A stretch of DNA of 64,000 nucleotides, taken from Chiloscyllium plagiosum (taxonomy: Eukaryota). Under the pieces are notes generated by a model that worked only from the letters and a program-made list of their open reading frames with translations, did no database searches and had not been told where the DNA came from. Location: the NCBI RefSeq assembly GCF_004010195.1, contig NC_057718.1, positions 100,634,411 through 100,698,410 on the forward strand. The letters run 5' to 3'. The translations under genes were made by a program, and so were the position numbers. Shown here piece after piece: positions 13,330 to 25,479 of the stretch. Every line of letters starts with the position of its first letter. Position 1 is the first letter of the stretch.

Positions 13330-14865
13330 AGGTAATTTCTGCAGCTGATGATATGACTGCAGGATGGTATGTTGGCGTCCTGGATGTCTAGATTAAGAAT
13401 GTCATGGAATGCTGCATGGCATTCTGAAGAAAGATGTAGAAAAACTGAATTTGTAATCTGTGTTGAGACCAATGACATAGGGAGAAAAAGTAATAAGGTC
13501 CTGAAAGCAGACTTTGGGAGTTTAGTAGGGATATGAAAAGTAAATCATAAAATGCAGTCATCTCCACATTATTCATAATGCTACCCAGTAGTAAGTATAG
13601 AAATAGAAGGATAGAGCAGATAAGTGCATAGCTGGAGAGATGGTGCGGAAGGGAGGGTTTAGATACCCAAGACGTGACATTCTAGGGCAGTTGGGACTTG
13701 AAACAAGTTGGTTAGGCTGGAACTGAACAGGAATGGAGCTAACGACCTCACACAGAATCACAGAATCTGTACAATGTGGAAGTAGGCCATTTAGTCCATC
13801 AAGTCCACACCAACCTTCCGAAAAGCATCCTACGCAGACCCACCCCCCACCATATCCCTGTAACAATCCATTTGCAATGGGACTCAAGGCAGAGTGGCAC
13901 GTTGAGTCCAAAACTGGCTGAGAGGCAGAAAGCAAAGATGATGTTAGAGAGCTTTTTCTGAGAGTGGAAGTCTGTTTCTAGTGAGATTCTGCAAGGCTCA
14001 ATGATGGGGCTCTTGCTGTAGTGAAGGGGTAACCTTTTAGAACTAAAATTAGGAGGAATTTCTTCAGCCAGAGGGTGGTTAATTTGTGGACGCCAGATCA
14101 TTGAGTGCATTTATGTCAGAGATAGATAAGTTTTTGATTGATAAGGGGAGTAAGGGGTCTCATCTGAAGTATACCGATTGAATGAACTCATCCAGGACTG
14201 ACTTGCTAGCAGGGCAGGTAAATAATGTGGTTCGTTAAGAAGGCATATGGGACACTTGTATTCTATACCTGGCCAATAAAGAAAAGAACAAGGATGTTAT
14301 TGCTGGAACTGGTTAATTGGAATATGATACTGGTTAGGCCACAACTTAAGTACAGTGACTAGTTCTAATAACTATATTATAAGGTGTAGGGAAGATTTAC
14401 CAGGATGCTGCCTGGACTGGAAGGTCTGAGCTGAGGAAAGATTGGATTGGCTGGGTAGTTTTTCTTGGAGCAGGAAAGGTTGAGATGGGATCTGGTAGAG
14501 GTGTATAAGATTATGAGGGGGCATAGATAGGATAGGTATGAAAATACTTCTTCTCATTAGTAGAAGAGTCAATAACCAGGAAGATAACACTTAGGTTGAA
14601 ATAAAAGGCTTAGAGAAGAGTTGAGGAAAATCTTTTCACCCACAAGGTGATGGGTGCCTGTACTTTCTTGCCTAAAAGAGAGGTGGAGCTAGAAAGGGTT
14701 ATGACAGTGAAGCAGTATTTGGATATTTACTTGTGTTGCCATAGCGTCCAGGGATATGGGCCAAAGGCTGGAAAATGGAATTAGTGTAGTCAGATCTTTG
14801 TCGAATGGAGTGGACACAATGGACTGAATGGCACCCTTCTGGCTGTAAATATCTATGACTTTATA
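13330..14865 (+). mobile_element. Cluster of old CR1 fragments (ORF1 esterase-like remnant 13330-13670, ORF2 3' parts) with a partial HE1 SINE tail on - (about 13750-13880)
   Basis: Decayed xTNDIGRK...YRNRRIEQIxAxLERWC pattern, followed by the CR1 3' sequence and tail near 14855. Confidence 0.7.
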
Positions 14866-17800
14866 AAGTATCATACTGCAGTAGGAATGGAAATAATTTG
14901 GAACAGAATTCTGAGGCAAAGTTCAGAGGATGCTTTATTCTGCATTTGTCTGTACTATATCTGACCTGGGAGCACTTCATGATGACACTGGATGTTTGAA
15001 ATGCCCTGACTGCTGTTCTCTACAGGCACCTCTCACCTTGATGAGATCAGTTGCTCATGTTTCAACTCTCATGATAGCTTTGGCACAGTGACATTGAATG
15101 ACATGTATCAGTTTGATCAACTTTCAAAGTTGGATGGTATCACAATACATAATTTTCTATAGCTTAACTATATTCTTTTGGAGCACATTACTTCATTTAG
15201 ATAGATGATATCAGAGTTTATCCCTTTCAGTTTACCTTGGATGGTATTATTTGGCAAGGTAATATCAATCTACTTTAATATGATCCAAAATACTGTCAAA
15301 ATGCATTAAAAAATAAATTAAAATCAGGTATCTTTCAGCACAGCGTACGTTTTTTAAAAATACCAAGCTTGATCAAAGTTACAATTTGTCAATTAAACAT
15401 TTTTCCAGAGATGGCCTCAAGCATGAACAGAAAAGATACATTCTCATTTGTAAGCCAATAAATGTGAAGATAAAAAGCAATTATAAACGACTAGTTTCCT
15501 ATTTAAAATCCAGTATGCCAATTCAATTAAAAAAACATCTGTTAGGTTATTCATAGCTACAGAATGTTCTACAAATCACTTAAAATGTGGTAAAATAGTT
15601 GCTCCCAAACTTCAATGTTAAAGAGATTGAAATATTTAAATTCTGTAGTTGCTATTTTCTGGTTACTGAAGTTGAAATGACGCACGCCTACAGTATTGCT
15701 ATTCGCGTGTCTCCATAATTGAGACAGACAGCAGCCAGACTATCCTAACCATATGGATTCAATCTGGCAGCTTGGGTTGTCATGTCGCTCAGCCTTCTCT
15801 TAACATCTGAAGCTGCCAGGCAGCCAAAAATGTCAATATGTACAGATTTTAAAACATATATAACATTAGCTGATAGCAGACCACCACATAATATAAATAT
15901 GGATGATGCATCAAGTTCTCAAACTGCACCCACAGTTTAATTCAAGCCATCTATAATCTAACAAAAATCAAGGTTGTTCATAAAATGAATCTCTACTTTA
16001 GATTTCCATAGCTCTGAATTGGAGCTGCACTTCTGAAGAAGGAAGAGAGATAGAGAAAGGGCTGAATGTTCTTTCTTTACAATGAAATAAAAAGCTTAAG
16101 TTTCATCTCACTAAAGTATATAACAATTGTAAAACGTGGATGTGTCAGGTTTTTCTGACCAGACACATTATTTTGATAATTACGTAACATGGGGTGCAAC
16201 AGAACTTATTTGAGGAATACAGGTGCTGTTACATGGAGATCACATTCTCCAACTTGCAATCATCTCTTCCTTTCCCACCTTTCATAAAAGCAGATATTAA
16301 TTAAAATTCCTTGACACATCATATTTTCAAGAATGTGCCCAGCCCAAATAATTTTTAAACTGATCAGACAACCCACAATCTGTTTCATTAACCATGTTAA
16401 TTTTGTGGAGTACAGAAAGGTGCTAAAATCCATCAAATAATAATAAGGAGCCACAAATCAATTAAAAATATTTAAATGTTTCTGTTAAACACCCTACACA
16501 CAATTTCTTTTACTGAAACTGTGTATAGTTGCATTTTGATCGAGCCAAATATATAGGTAATGTATAACGAAGAAATTCTCAAAAATATACTAATGTTTAC
16601 CTATTAAGTCAGTAATACTTTGACAAAAGAGGCTCAAGGAAGTAGCATTCTGTCAGAAAGCACTAAACTGCACACACTCTACTAGTGAACTAAACTCCCA
16701 GTAAGCAGCCTAACGTTTCACCTACTGCTCTAAGAATAAGTCACTTGATGAATAGTCAGTACTGGGGTCAACTGTAAAGATATATTCCAGTTTTATGGCG
16801 GAGAAACAATGTATGTATGATTAGAAACAAGATTCACAGCAGAAAAAAAGTCAGAAAAATTATAATCAGTTTTCCATGTTCCTGTTCCAATAAAGGGATA
16901 AGCTCTTCAGCGTTATCCCCTCATAAATATTACTCTGTCCATATAGACAAATTCAGAAGTGACTACTTTGATGTGGGATTCACGACTAGCAACATATACA
17001 CATCTTGCTACTTCCGATTAAGAAAAAGCTTTCATGGAATTAACATTCTTCCTTATGACACTTGAAAGAATGGCCTTCATTAACTCTGACGTACAATATA
17101 AATAGAATGCTTCAAAATCTTTGACAGGGTCTATGCATTGTAGAGGTCAAGAAGTTCTGCTCCACTGCTCAGTCGTACGTTTGTTGGGCAGTCAATGTGA
17201 TGAATAATCATGGAGTAGAAAATTACAGGGGTGAGGTTTGCTCCCCTGGAAAGTCAGCAGCCAGTGACAGATTCTGAAGAAATCTGCCCCCAGCCATAAT
17301 GTCCTAAAGGTGGGTTAAATCAATAGATCATGAGATTTCTACTGAACTGGGAGGAAGCCCCATCTGTTGGAGATGTTAACAGCTTCATCAGTCCTGGCAG
17401 TGCCAAAGCTTCATACTGCAGACAGTCTCACATTCAGAATCCAGTGGAACCCTGAATACATCAAGTGTGGGCACTTGGTGGGGAGGGTTTGGCAAGTGGT
17501 GGAAGTGTAGGCTTTAAATTCCTTATATGGCAGTAGGAAGTTACCACCTTCAAGTGGGTTGCCCCAATGTGGAAAGGCCACCCTTCAGAAATTATAATCC
17601 CCTTTCTCCTGCACTTTCATAAACTTGTGAAAATGAAACATGCTGCCCAATCTCACCACTCTGTCCATGCTATAACCCATGCCAACTGTATGGGTAGAGT
17701 AATACTGGAGTCAACTTTGCTTTTAACCTGCTCATTTGACCTTTAATTATTTATTTACTTATGGTGGGCAGGCTCCCAACTTTGTCCCTTTCTCACTCTC

Positions 17801-17984
17801 CATATAATGAGGGTGAGTGGAAAGGTGGTGGTCTGGGTACCTGACCTATATTTTGTGGTTCCTTGTTAAAATTACATGTACCACGTCTGTACATGTAATA
17901 TCCAGCCCGTTAAGACTATTTTGCTCTCTACAGACAGTGGCAGACTGGCTGAATATTTACAGCATTAACTTTTATTTATTTTGG

Positions 17985-18605
17985 CCAGATGATTAGGGAA
18001 CTCTGCCTTTAAAGGATGACAGGAGACAAAAAGACAGATAACTATAGGTCAGTAAGCTTAACATTTGCCATTCAGAAAATGTTAACGCCTCTTATAAAAG
18101 ATATACTAGCAGAGTATTAGAAATGCATAATATAACCAAGCAGAGTCAGCATAGTTTCATGAAGGGGAAATCATGTCTGACAAATTTATTGGAATTCTTT
18201 GAGAATGTTATAAACAGGATAGATAAAGTAAATGTAATATATTTGGATTTCCAAAAAGCATTTGATACAGTACCCACATAAGGATGCTTAGTAAGATAAG
18301 AACCCATGGCATTTGGGGTTGGAGTGGGTGGGGGGAGCTGATGATATATATATATATGCATATATGTGCACAGAGAATTGACTAACTACTAGAGGGTAGA
18401 GCGTACGATAAAGGGGATATTTTCAGAATGCAGCAACCTGTAACTTGTGGAATGCTACAGGGATCAGTGCTGGGGCCACAATGATTTACAACATATATTA
18501 ATAACTTGAATGCACTATCGTCAAGTTTGTGGATGATACAAAAAGGGGTGAGAAAGCAAGTGTTGGGAATGACACAGAATCTAAGAGGGATATAGACAAA
18601 TTACT
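17985..18605 (+). mobile_element. CR1 RT-domain remnant
   Basis: [43 protein letters not shown] and KFVDDT are readable across frames. Confidence 0.85.
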
Positions 18606-19114
18606 GCTGCTACGTTTTATGATGAAAAACCAGTGCAAAGCTTTTGATAGTTATAAAAATCAGGCAAAAAAAGACTTTCAACATACTTGAAACACTTTTG
18701 ATAATGTAAACATTCCAGCTGAATGGATCACAAAAATATTATTAATCAATATAGTCAAAATAAAAAAAGTTATTTGGTCAGTAAAAAAAAACATGTAGAT
18801 TGTACAGTGGAGTGGATTCACAACCAGAAGTTAGCTTACTAATATTGTTACTTGGGGATGTAGGAATGACTTGTTCATTCTAATAGAGGTTGTTTGCAAG
18901 TGATTTTGTGTAATTGCCCACAATATGCTACGATCTATTTTTTTCCTTCAACAAGTTATTAGAGCTTATTTTAAAGTTAATAGCTTTCAAACAAAGAAAA
19001 TCACTTGTTAAACTCTGTGTCCCACTGACGAGCAAAGCTCTTTCATGCTCTTATGCTTCACTCCCTTACTTGGAATGTGACCACAATAAACTTCATAACC
19101 ACATTCCAGCCAAC

Positions 19115-19400
19115 AACTTCTACTTGAATTTACATAGTGTCTTTATTGTAGAAAAACATCCTCTAGCACTTCACAGAGACTACTGGTCAAGAAAGTTATA
19201 CGATTTGAGTGTCTTTTTGGAAAATAAAAATTAGAAAAAGAGAAAGCGCCTTATAAAATGTGAAGCAGTTGAAGTAGATCTGTACTTGATTAAAATCTTC
19301 TGAAGTTGTCAAGTAACACTGTCATGTTAAAGGCTGAGTCTTTGAAGTCAGATCCACCATGGATTCAAATATTGTTCCAAATTAAAAATAAAGGTAGGAA
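19115..19400 (-). mobile_element. Old L2-type LINE 3' remnant
   Basis: acttgaatttacatagtgtctttattgtagaaaaacatcc is the reverse complement of the L2-type tail seen at about 46840-46900. Confidence 0.45.
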
Positions 19401-19489
19401 TCCTTAGGCGAGTTCTTGGAATGTTGGAAAGTGGGGGAGTCAGGAATTGGTATATATACCATCAAAATATAAAGATGATACCGAATTGG

Positions 19490-20025
19490 GATTGGAGCTG
19501 GTGCATGTATGAAATGAGCTGCCAGAGAAAATGGTGGAGGCTGGTACACTTACAACATTTAAAAGGCATCTGGTTGGGTACACGAATAGTAAGGGTTTAG
19601 AGTGATTAGATTAGATTAGATTAGATTACTTACAGTGTGGAAACAGGCCCTTCGGCCCAACAAGTCCACACCGCCCCGCCGAAGCGCAACCCACCCATAC
19701 CCCTACATTTACCCCTTACCTAACACTACGGACAATTTAGCAATGACCTGCACATCTTTGTGACTGTGGGAGGAAACCGGAGCACCTGGAGGAAACCCAC
19801 GCAGACACGGGGAGAACGTGCAAACTCCACACAGTCAGTCGCCTGAGGCGGGAATTGAACCCGGGTCTCTAGCGCTGTGAGGCAGCAGTGCTAACCACTG
19901 TGCCACCGTGCCATGATATGGGTCAAATGCTGGCAAATGGGGCTAGATTAATTTAGGATACTTGATTGGCATGGACAAGTTGAACCGAAGGGTGTGCTTC
20001 CATGCCGTACATCTCTATGACTCTA
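19490..20025 (+). mobile_element. CR1 3' UTR interrupted by an HE1 SINE
   Basis: The CR1 3' sequence ...aagggtttagag|gatatgggtcaaatgctggc... is split by the SINE at 19604-19912. Confidence 0.85.
19604..19912 (-). mobile_element. HE1-type tRNA-derived V-SINE
   Basis: tRNA-like head with A/B boxes (TGGCACAGTGG, GGTTCAATTCC), V-domain GGGTTTCCTCC.GGTGCTCCGGTTTCCTCCCA, and a (TAATC)n tail. Confidence 0.92.
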
Positions 20026-21894
20026 GCTAATAATGTACAGGACTGTATCAAAATACAAGAAGAATTGGACTTCCAAAGAAGGCAACTAAATGGCAAATTA
20101 AATTCAATACAGAGATGTATCCTAAGTTACAACATTAAACTTCAAAAAAAGTATTTTATTGGCTCTGAAGCACTGAGAGACATCAGTAGTTACAAAATGC
20201 TATACAACTGAAAGTAATGTTTTTTTCTTTTGAAATGAGAGGTGGCTCGGTTTAGTAGCATAAAGAGGCCACTAATCACTTGGAAGGAAAGGAAGATAGA
20301 GGAGCAAAGTAATCTGGGAATACAGATGCACAAGTTGTTTGAAGTAGCAACATTGATTGATATGGCCATAAAGCATGTAGATTTATCTTCCCTAAAGAGA
20401 GAAAAACTGCTGCTGCTCACTCCAATTCCAACAAGTATACTATTACACCGGCTGTCCACCATTTTTAGAAGAATTAACTTGAAACATTGTGTGGTGTCTG
20501 CTTGATAGCATTGAGGTTGTCAGTGATATAACAGGAAGTGAGTGACACTTTCCCTCAGCTAAGATGGCTGGACACACACATTGAAACAGTGGCTAGCCAA
20601 TTAGTTATGCAAGTTTGAGGAGCATAATGATTTGGCAGTAGGGGGCAGGCAGGGGATTGGCATCGCTGCTGTTGCTTCATGGGTCAAGTGCCATATTTAA
20701 AAGACACAAAGATAGGATGTATGCAAGGAGTGGTACTCTGGCAGAATCATCTGATCCCCACCCATTGATGTCTTCTCTGAGACATAGTTGAAGGTAAAAG
20801 AATGGCCCCATGGTTCAATGAGAGCACAATGTATGTTTTACTCCAGGATTATTGGGAAAGGTAGGGTGTCCTGTTTCCCAAAGATAGCCATTGAAGGCTC
20901 TCTTGCTTGTCCAGACAACCTGCTGATTTGGAGCCTAGACCCCATAATAGAATCTGGGTCTTGTGCCAAAGATTATGAATAAATCTGCTGGGTTCCACAA
21001 GGGTAAGTGGCACTTGTAGTTGCAATAAAGGTGACAATCACAAGGGTTCAAGCAGTGTAAGTGGTTGCTTTTTTTTGATTCACTCATGGGATGTGGGTGT
21101 TGTTGGCTGGGCCAGCATTCATTGCCCGTCCCTAATTGCCCTCGAAAAGGTGATGAGCCATCTTGAACCGCTATAGGCGGACCCACAATGCCATTAGAAC
21201 ATGGATTCCCCCTAGAGTGCAGAGGCATGTAAATAAGGAGATTGGGCTGTAGGCTTCAGCATCAAATGAAACATGTCCTTGCTTCCCAAACACATGCCCA
21301 CCATTCCAAAGATGCCTTTGTCCTTAGACAACCCTGCTCTCTGCCCCTTAGTCTGCAGTCTCGCTCTATACGACAGCCCTGCCCTGTTATCTTCTAAGTG
21401 CCACTATCTGGTTGAAATCACCACCTATCATCATCTTCCCTAAAGAGAGAAAAACTGCTGCTGCTCCTCTAATTCCAACAAGTATACTATCACATTGGCT
21501 GTCCACCAGTGTATGTAGTTGTGAATCTGAAAGCGTGTATTTCTCACTCACATATAACGTAATCGGAAAGATATACTTAATACAGGCAAGATTGCCCTTT
21601 AATAAGAATATGCAACATGCAGGTGCATGTCATTGGAATACTTAACTTGTCTTTGAATTTCTGCAAACTTAGTTTTATCCCACCATTGAGAAGCTGATTT
21701 TTCGCTCTCATTCAATTAAGTTCCTCTGCCTTCCAAGCTTCCTGCTTCCAGGAGCAGCGTATTAACTTATCTCATTCCACAAATGCTACCTGACCTGCTG
21801 TGTATTTTCAGCATTTTCTATTTCATTTCAGAAAACAAAAAGCAGAAACTTGGTTGGATCACACAAAGTACTGTGTACAATTTTCATTTCCAGA

Positions 21895-22057
21895 CAAATC
21901 GTTCTGCTATAACGTCAGCACAAATTGGCTATAACATAATTTACGAATTGTTTGGATAATGCAAACTTTGTACTGAATGGGTGGAGCATCTTCTACAGCG
22001 CGATTTTCTACAGTGCAAGGTTGCAGAGAAACACAACTGTTGCAGCAGAATGACCTG
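21895..22057. mobile_element. Short Tigger-like MITE
   Basis: Left end CAAATCGTTCTGCTATAAC versus right-end reverse complement CAGGTCATTCTGCTGCAAC. TA at 22058-22059; left TA appears mutated to GA. Confidence 0.65.
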
Positions 22058-23059
22058 TATTAGCTAAAAGATATTGAAGAACTGGAGATTTACAAACATG
22101 TTAATGGAATTGAAAGGATGCAAATTTCAGTTATGTTGGGGAAGACAACTTATGAGGAGACTGAATTCAGGTGGCTTCATCTGTGATGGTGCCATCTCTA
22201 TATAGATTCAACCATTCAGGCAAAAGGCAATAGCTCCTTCTTTGGCTTGGCTTTTGGCTTTATTTATATTTCTGGGAAGTTAGTTGGAATATTTTTGATG
22301 TTTAAGGTGACACAGAATATAAGGTTTTTGGTGTTTGTATATGGGAATCATTGAGATTCCTACTCTCCGTTGTAAAGCTGAAAAAGAATAGGGGGTTTGT
22401 CTGTCGGTGGCTGGACGGGAGGAAGAGAAATAAAACAGGGAGCCCCAATTATATTAGTGATGATATGCGAATAAAATTCTTGCTATTTTTACAAGGACAA
22501 TATTTTCTATTTTCTTATTATTGAGTCACCTTTGTGTTTCTGTGGGTAGATGCTTTGCCTTTCTTTGTCACTGAAATTAGTTTGATGAGAAGAATTTTCA
22601 GAGTTAAAATCTTACACAGGCAGAAGATAAGAGCTGGCGTGAGACTGTATATGTGCAGTTGGATCACAATGACAAATTAGTGATGGAAATGTATAGTCCA
22701 AATTACATTCTTTGAAATTACCAAGGATTTCAACAGGATGGATGAGGAGAAACTTCATACTTGAGAATGAGTCCAGGCAAGGAGAAATAAATATTAGATA
22801 GCAACTAATGGATCAAATAAAGAATTTGTTTGCACATCATAGTGACAAACTGGACAGTGCTGCCACATGGAAGGGCCAAACCTGATAACTTTGCTAGATT
22901 TGTATGTCACAAAGACTGACAGATCGTATAAACAACATATCCCAATATTTGCAGGATAATCCCAAATGAGTGAGGAATTATATTGATAACTAATTTTAAA
23001 ATAGATTTTCGGGCTCAAAGGTCATATATATCACTGTTTCAACTCAACAAACTATGTGA

Positions 23060-23325
23060 CAATTATTCGCTGGTTCATTTCTCAGGGTAATACCTTGGCT
23101 TATTAGAGTCAAGTAGCCTGGTTTAAAATTTAAATAATGCATAGGAATTAACTGTTAATCATCATTGAATTGATATATTCTCCATGATATTGCCTCGACC
23201 ACAATCAACTTCCCATCTAATTTACATTCTCCTTTCATCCTGTAGTTTAAATTGGTATTCTTGCGAATTGTCCTGATGAGTGTGAGATGCAAAGCTTTGA
23301 TAAAACCTTTTTTTAACAGAATTGA
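23060..23325 (+). mobile_element. Penelope-type terminal repeat remnant with a degenerate hammerhead core
   Basis: TTGTC-CTGATGA-GTGTGAGAT-GCAA-AGCT-TT-GATAA at 23268-23303. Related copies lie at 57060-57380. Confidence 0.55.
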
Positions 23326-24668
23326 ATGCAAATTGTTACAAATTGATTTTTCCCTACACTCATAAGAAACCAATTGCTTGATAGTGTTAAATAAACCAGC
23401 AAAGGGGAGTAATCAATTTTGCTTGATCACCTATTATGGCAACTTTCTTCACAAAATTATCCAAAGCATCTGGAACACATATGATGCTATTATCCTCCTT
23501 GATCTTTTGAAAACTAAATTCCCTCAGCACCTTTCATAAGAGGCCCGTTTCAATCACACATCTGCAAGATTTAGAAGAGAAAATTCCAATCCTGTGCAAT
23601 ACGCATGATTTGGCCAAATTGCTAGGCTTCTTCTCAGAAGTGTGTAAATTGAAACTTTTAAATCAGGTTGCCAAACACCCCACCCCCCACTATCTTCAAA
23701 CGTTTAAAGTATTAATTTAACAGATTGCCAGCACTTGAGTTTCAACATCCATAAAATGGAAATCACCAAAGCAATTCAGCTGGAAACTCAGGGATTTCTC
23801 ATTTTACAACTTCAATAGGAATTTGATACATTGGTTTACCCTCTTCCGATGTTGAGTTGCAGTTTATTGCATAATTCCCATTAGGCCAGACTATCCTTCC
23901 AATTTTTTTTTTAAACAGGGTCTATTTATTCTTTTCATGTAAACCATTTATTTACTGATTTTTCAACTTTCAAAGTATGTTTCACCCCTCCATCTTCTCT
24001 ATTTAGAAAAAAAGTTACAAGAGGAATATTACAATGCAGAATCGTAGACATGTACGAAAACAGGGATTTAAAAGGCTATTTCTTAATTCAAATAATTTGG
24101 ATCAGTTTGAATTTTGCTGAAATTTGGGTTAATGGACAATTTAATGAAAGGCATCATAACCCCATCATCCAGTTAACAGAAAGATCCTACCAACAATCAT
24201 GTTGAAAAGCATGAATCAAACAAGTATGAGACACTAATCCAATATTTACTTCTCTTCTGAAAATGTCCAAACAGTGAAATTAAGCATGCACATTCCTAAA
24301 CTTGACAAATTTGAATGATCAAAGTGAGTTTCCAACTTTCTGGGTGGATCAAGAAGATGTTTATTTTGCTCTAATCACAGAAGACTCTTAATGATGTTTA
24401 TCCTGGCAGTCGCACAAAGATTAAAAATATGCTGCCTGCCTTTTTTTTAAAAAAAGGCTGATACCCCAATTGTCATTCAAGTTATAAATTAAAAAGATTA
24501 TTTAAGCATGGGACGTGGTTTTGAAGTAAACAGAACGGTCTTTGGGGACCAGCCAATATTTGCTACTCACCAGAAATTTATCGTATTTGTATCAAGGATC
24601 ACCAACTTTGCCTCATTTTCTTTGCAATGAGGAGGAAATAAGATATCAACATTATAAATTATAATTAC

Positions 24669-24811
24669 CTCCTGATCTTCAGTTTTCGTCTTTTTCTTTC
24701 TCTTCTGTTGCCTTTTCTCTTTTTTCTTCTCCAAGTATTGTTCCCATGGAGTCAGTACATTACCTTTCTCTATTTTCTTCTTTACTATTGCTTCTGTTGT
24801 TTCTTTCAGGC
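24669..24811 (-). CDS. ESF1: ESF1 internal coding exon (143 nt, phase 1-0)
   Basis: AG at 24812-24813, GT at 24667-24668. Reads (G)LKETTEAIVKKKIEKGNVLTPWEQYLEKKKEKRQQKRKKKTKTEDQE. Confidence 0.95.
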
Positions 24812-25479
24812 CTGAAATAAGACAGGACATTTTTAACTGCATGCTAAGATATACAAAATGCTTCGGTGGTTGACAGAGGCTCCAGTTTCAAAATTCAATT
24901 ATAATGCAAAATGTTACATGATATGAAGTCATCAGGCATCACAGCATCTGAATGATGTGAAGAATTGCAAAGAATGGCCATTAAAGGTGTTCCTATGGAG
25001 TGTGGACACTGCACTGCCCTGGTGGTTCTTTCAGATTAGGCCTGCAGAATCTGTTGCTGTGGTCTCTTTGGGCAATGCAGAGTAAAAAGGACAAATCTCC
25101 TTTCCAGCACCCCGTCTACCAGAGCCTTCAGGCCCCTATGGATGAAGTGGTCTGATGATTTCCCCCCTCCTAGCATTGTCTTTTGGAATTTTACTGCCAA
25201 AAACAATGTGCAGTTACTGGCTGGCAGCTTCTGAAATGGTGAGCAATTGGGGTTTAAATATGGTAGTCTTGGAGTGAGTTTCAGAAGATCCTGGCATGGG
25301 TGGATTTTGCCACCCCTGCTGATCACAAGATTGCAATGCTTTGGAGGAGTGATCCATAATTAACAATGTGAACATGGGAGAATTGTGAGAAAAAAGTTGC
25401 CATGTTTCACGGCGGGAATCCTGCCATGAAACTTCCCAAAATCAATACTTTTCTAAAATACAGGAAGGTTCAGCCCATT

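Noticed and set aside
17225..17910. Possible TIR element of the GGGC…GCCC type (similar patches at about 1990-2525 and 58230-58950)
   Set aside because: It looks repeat-derived, but I could not define matching termini or a TSD by eye.
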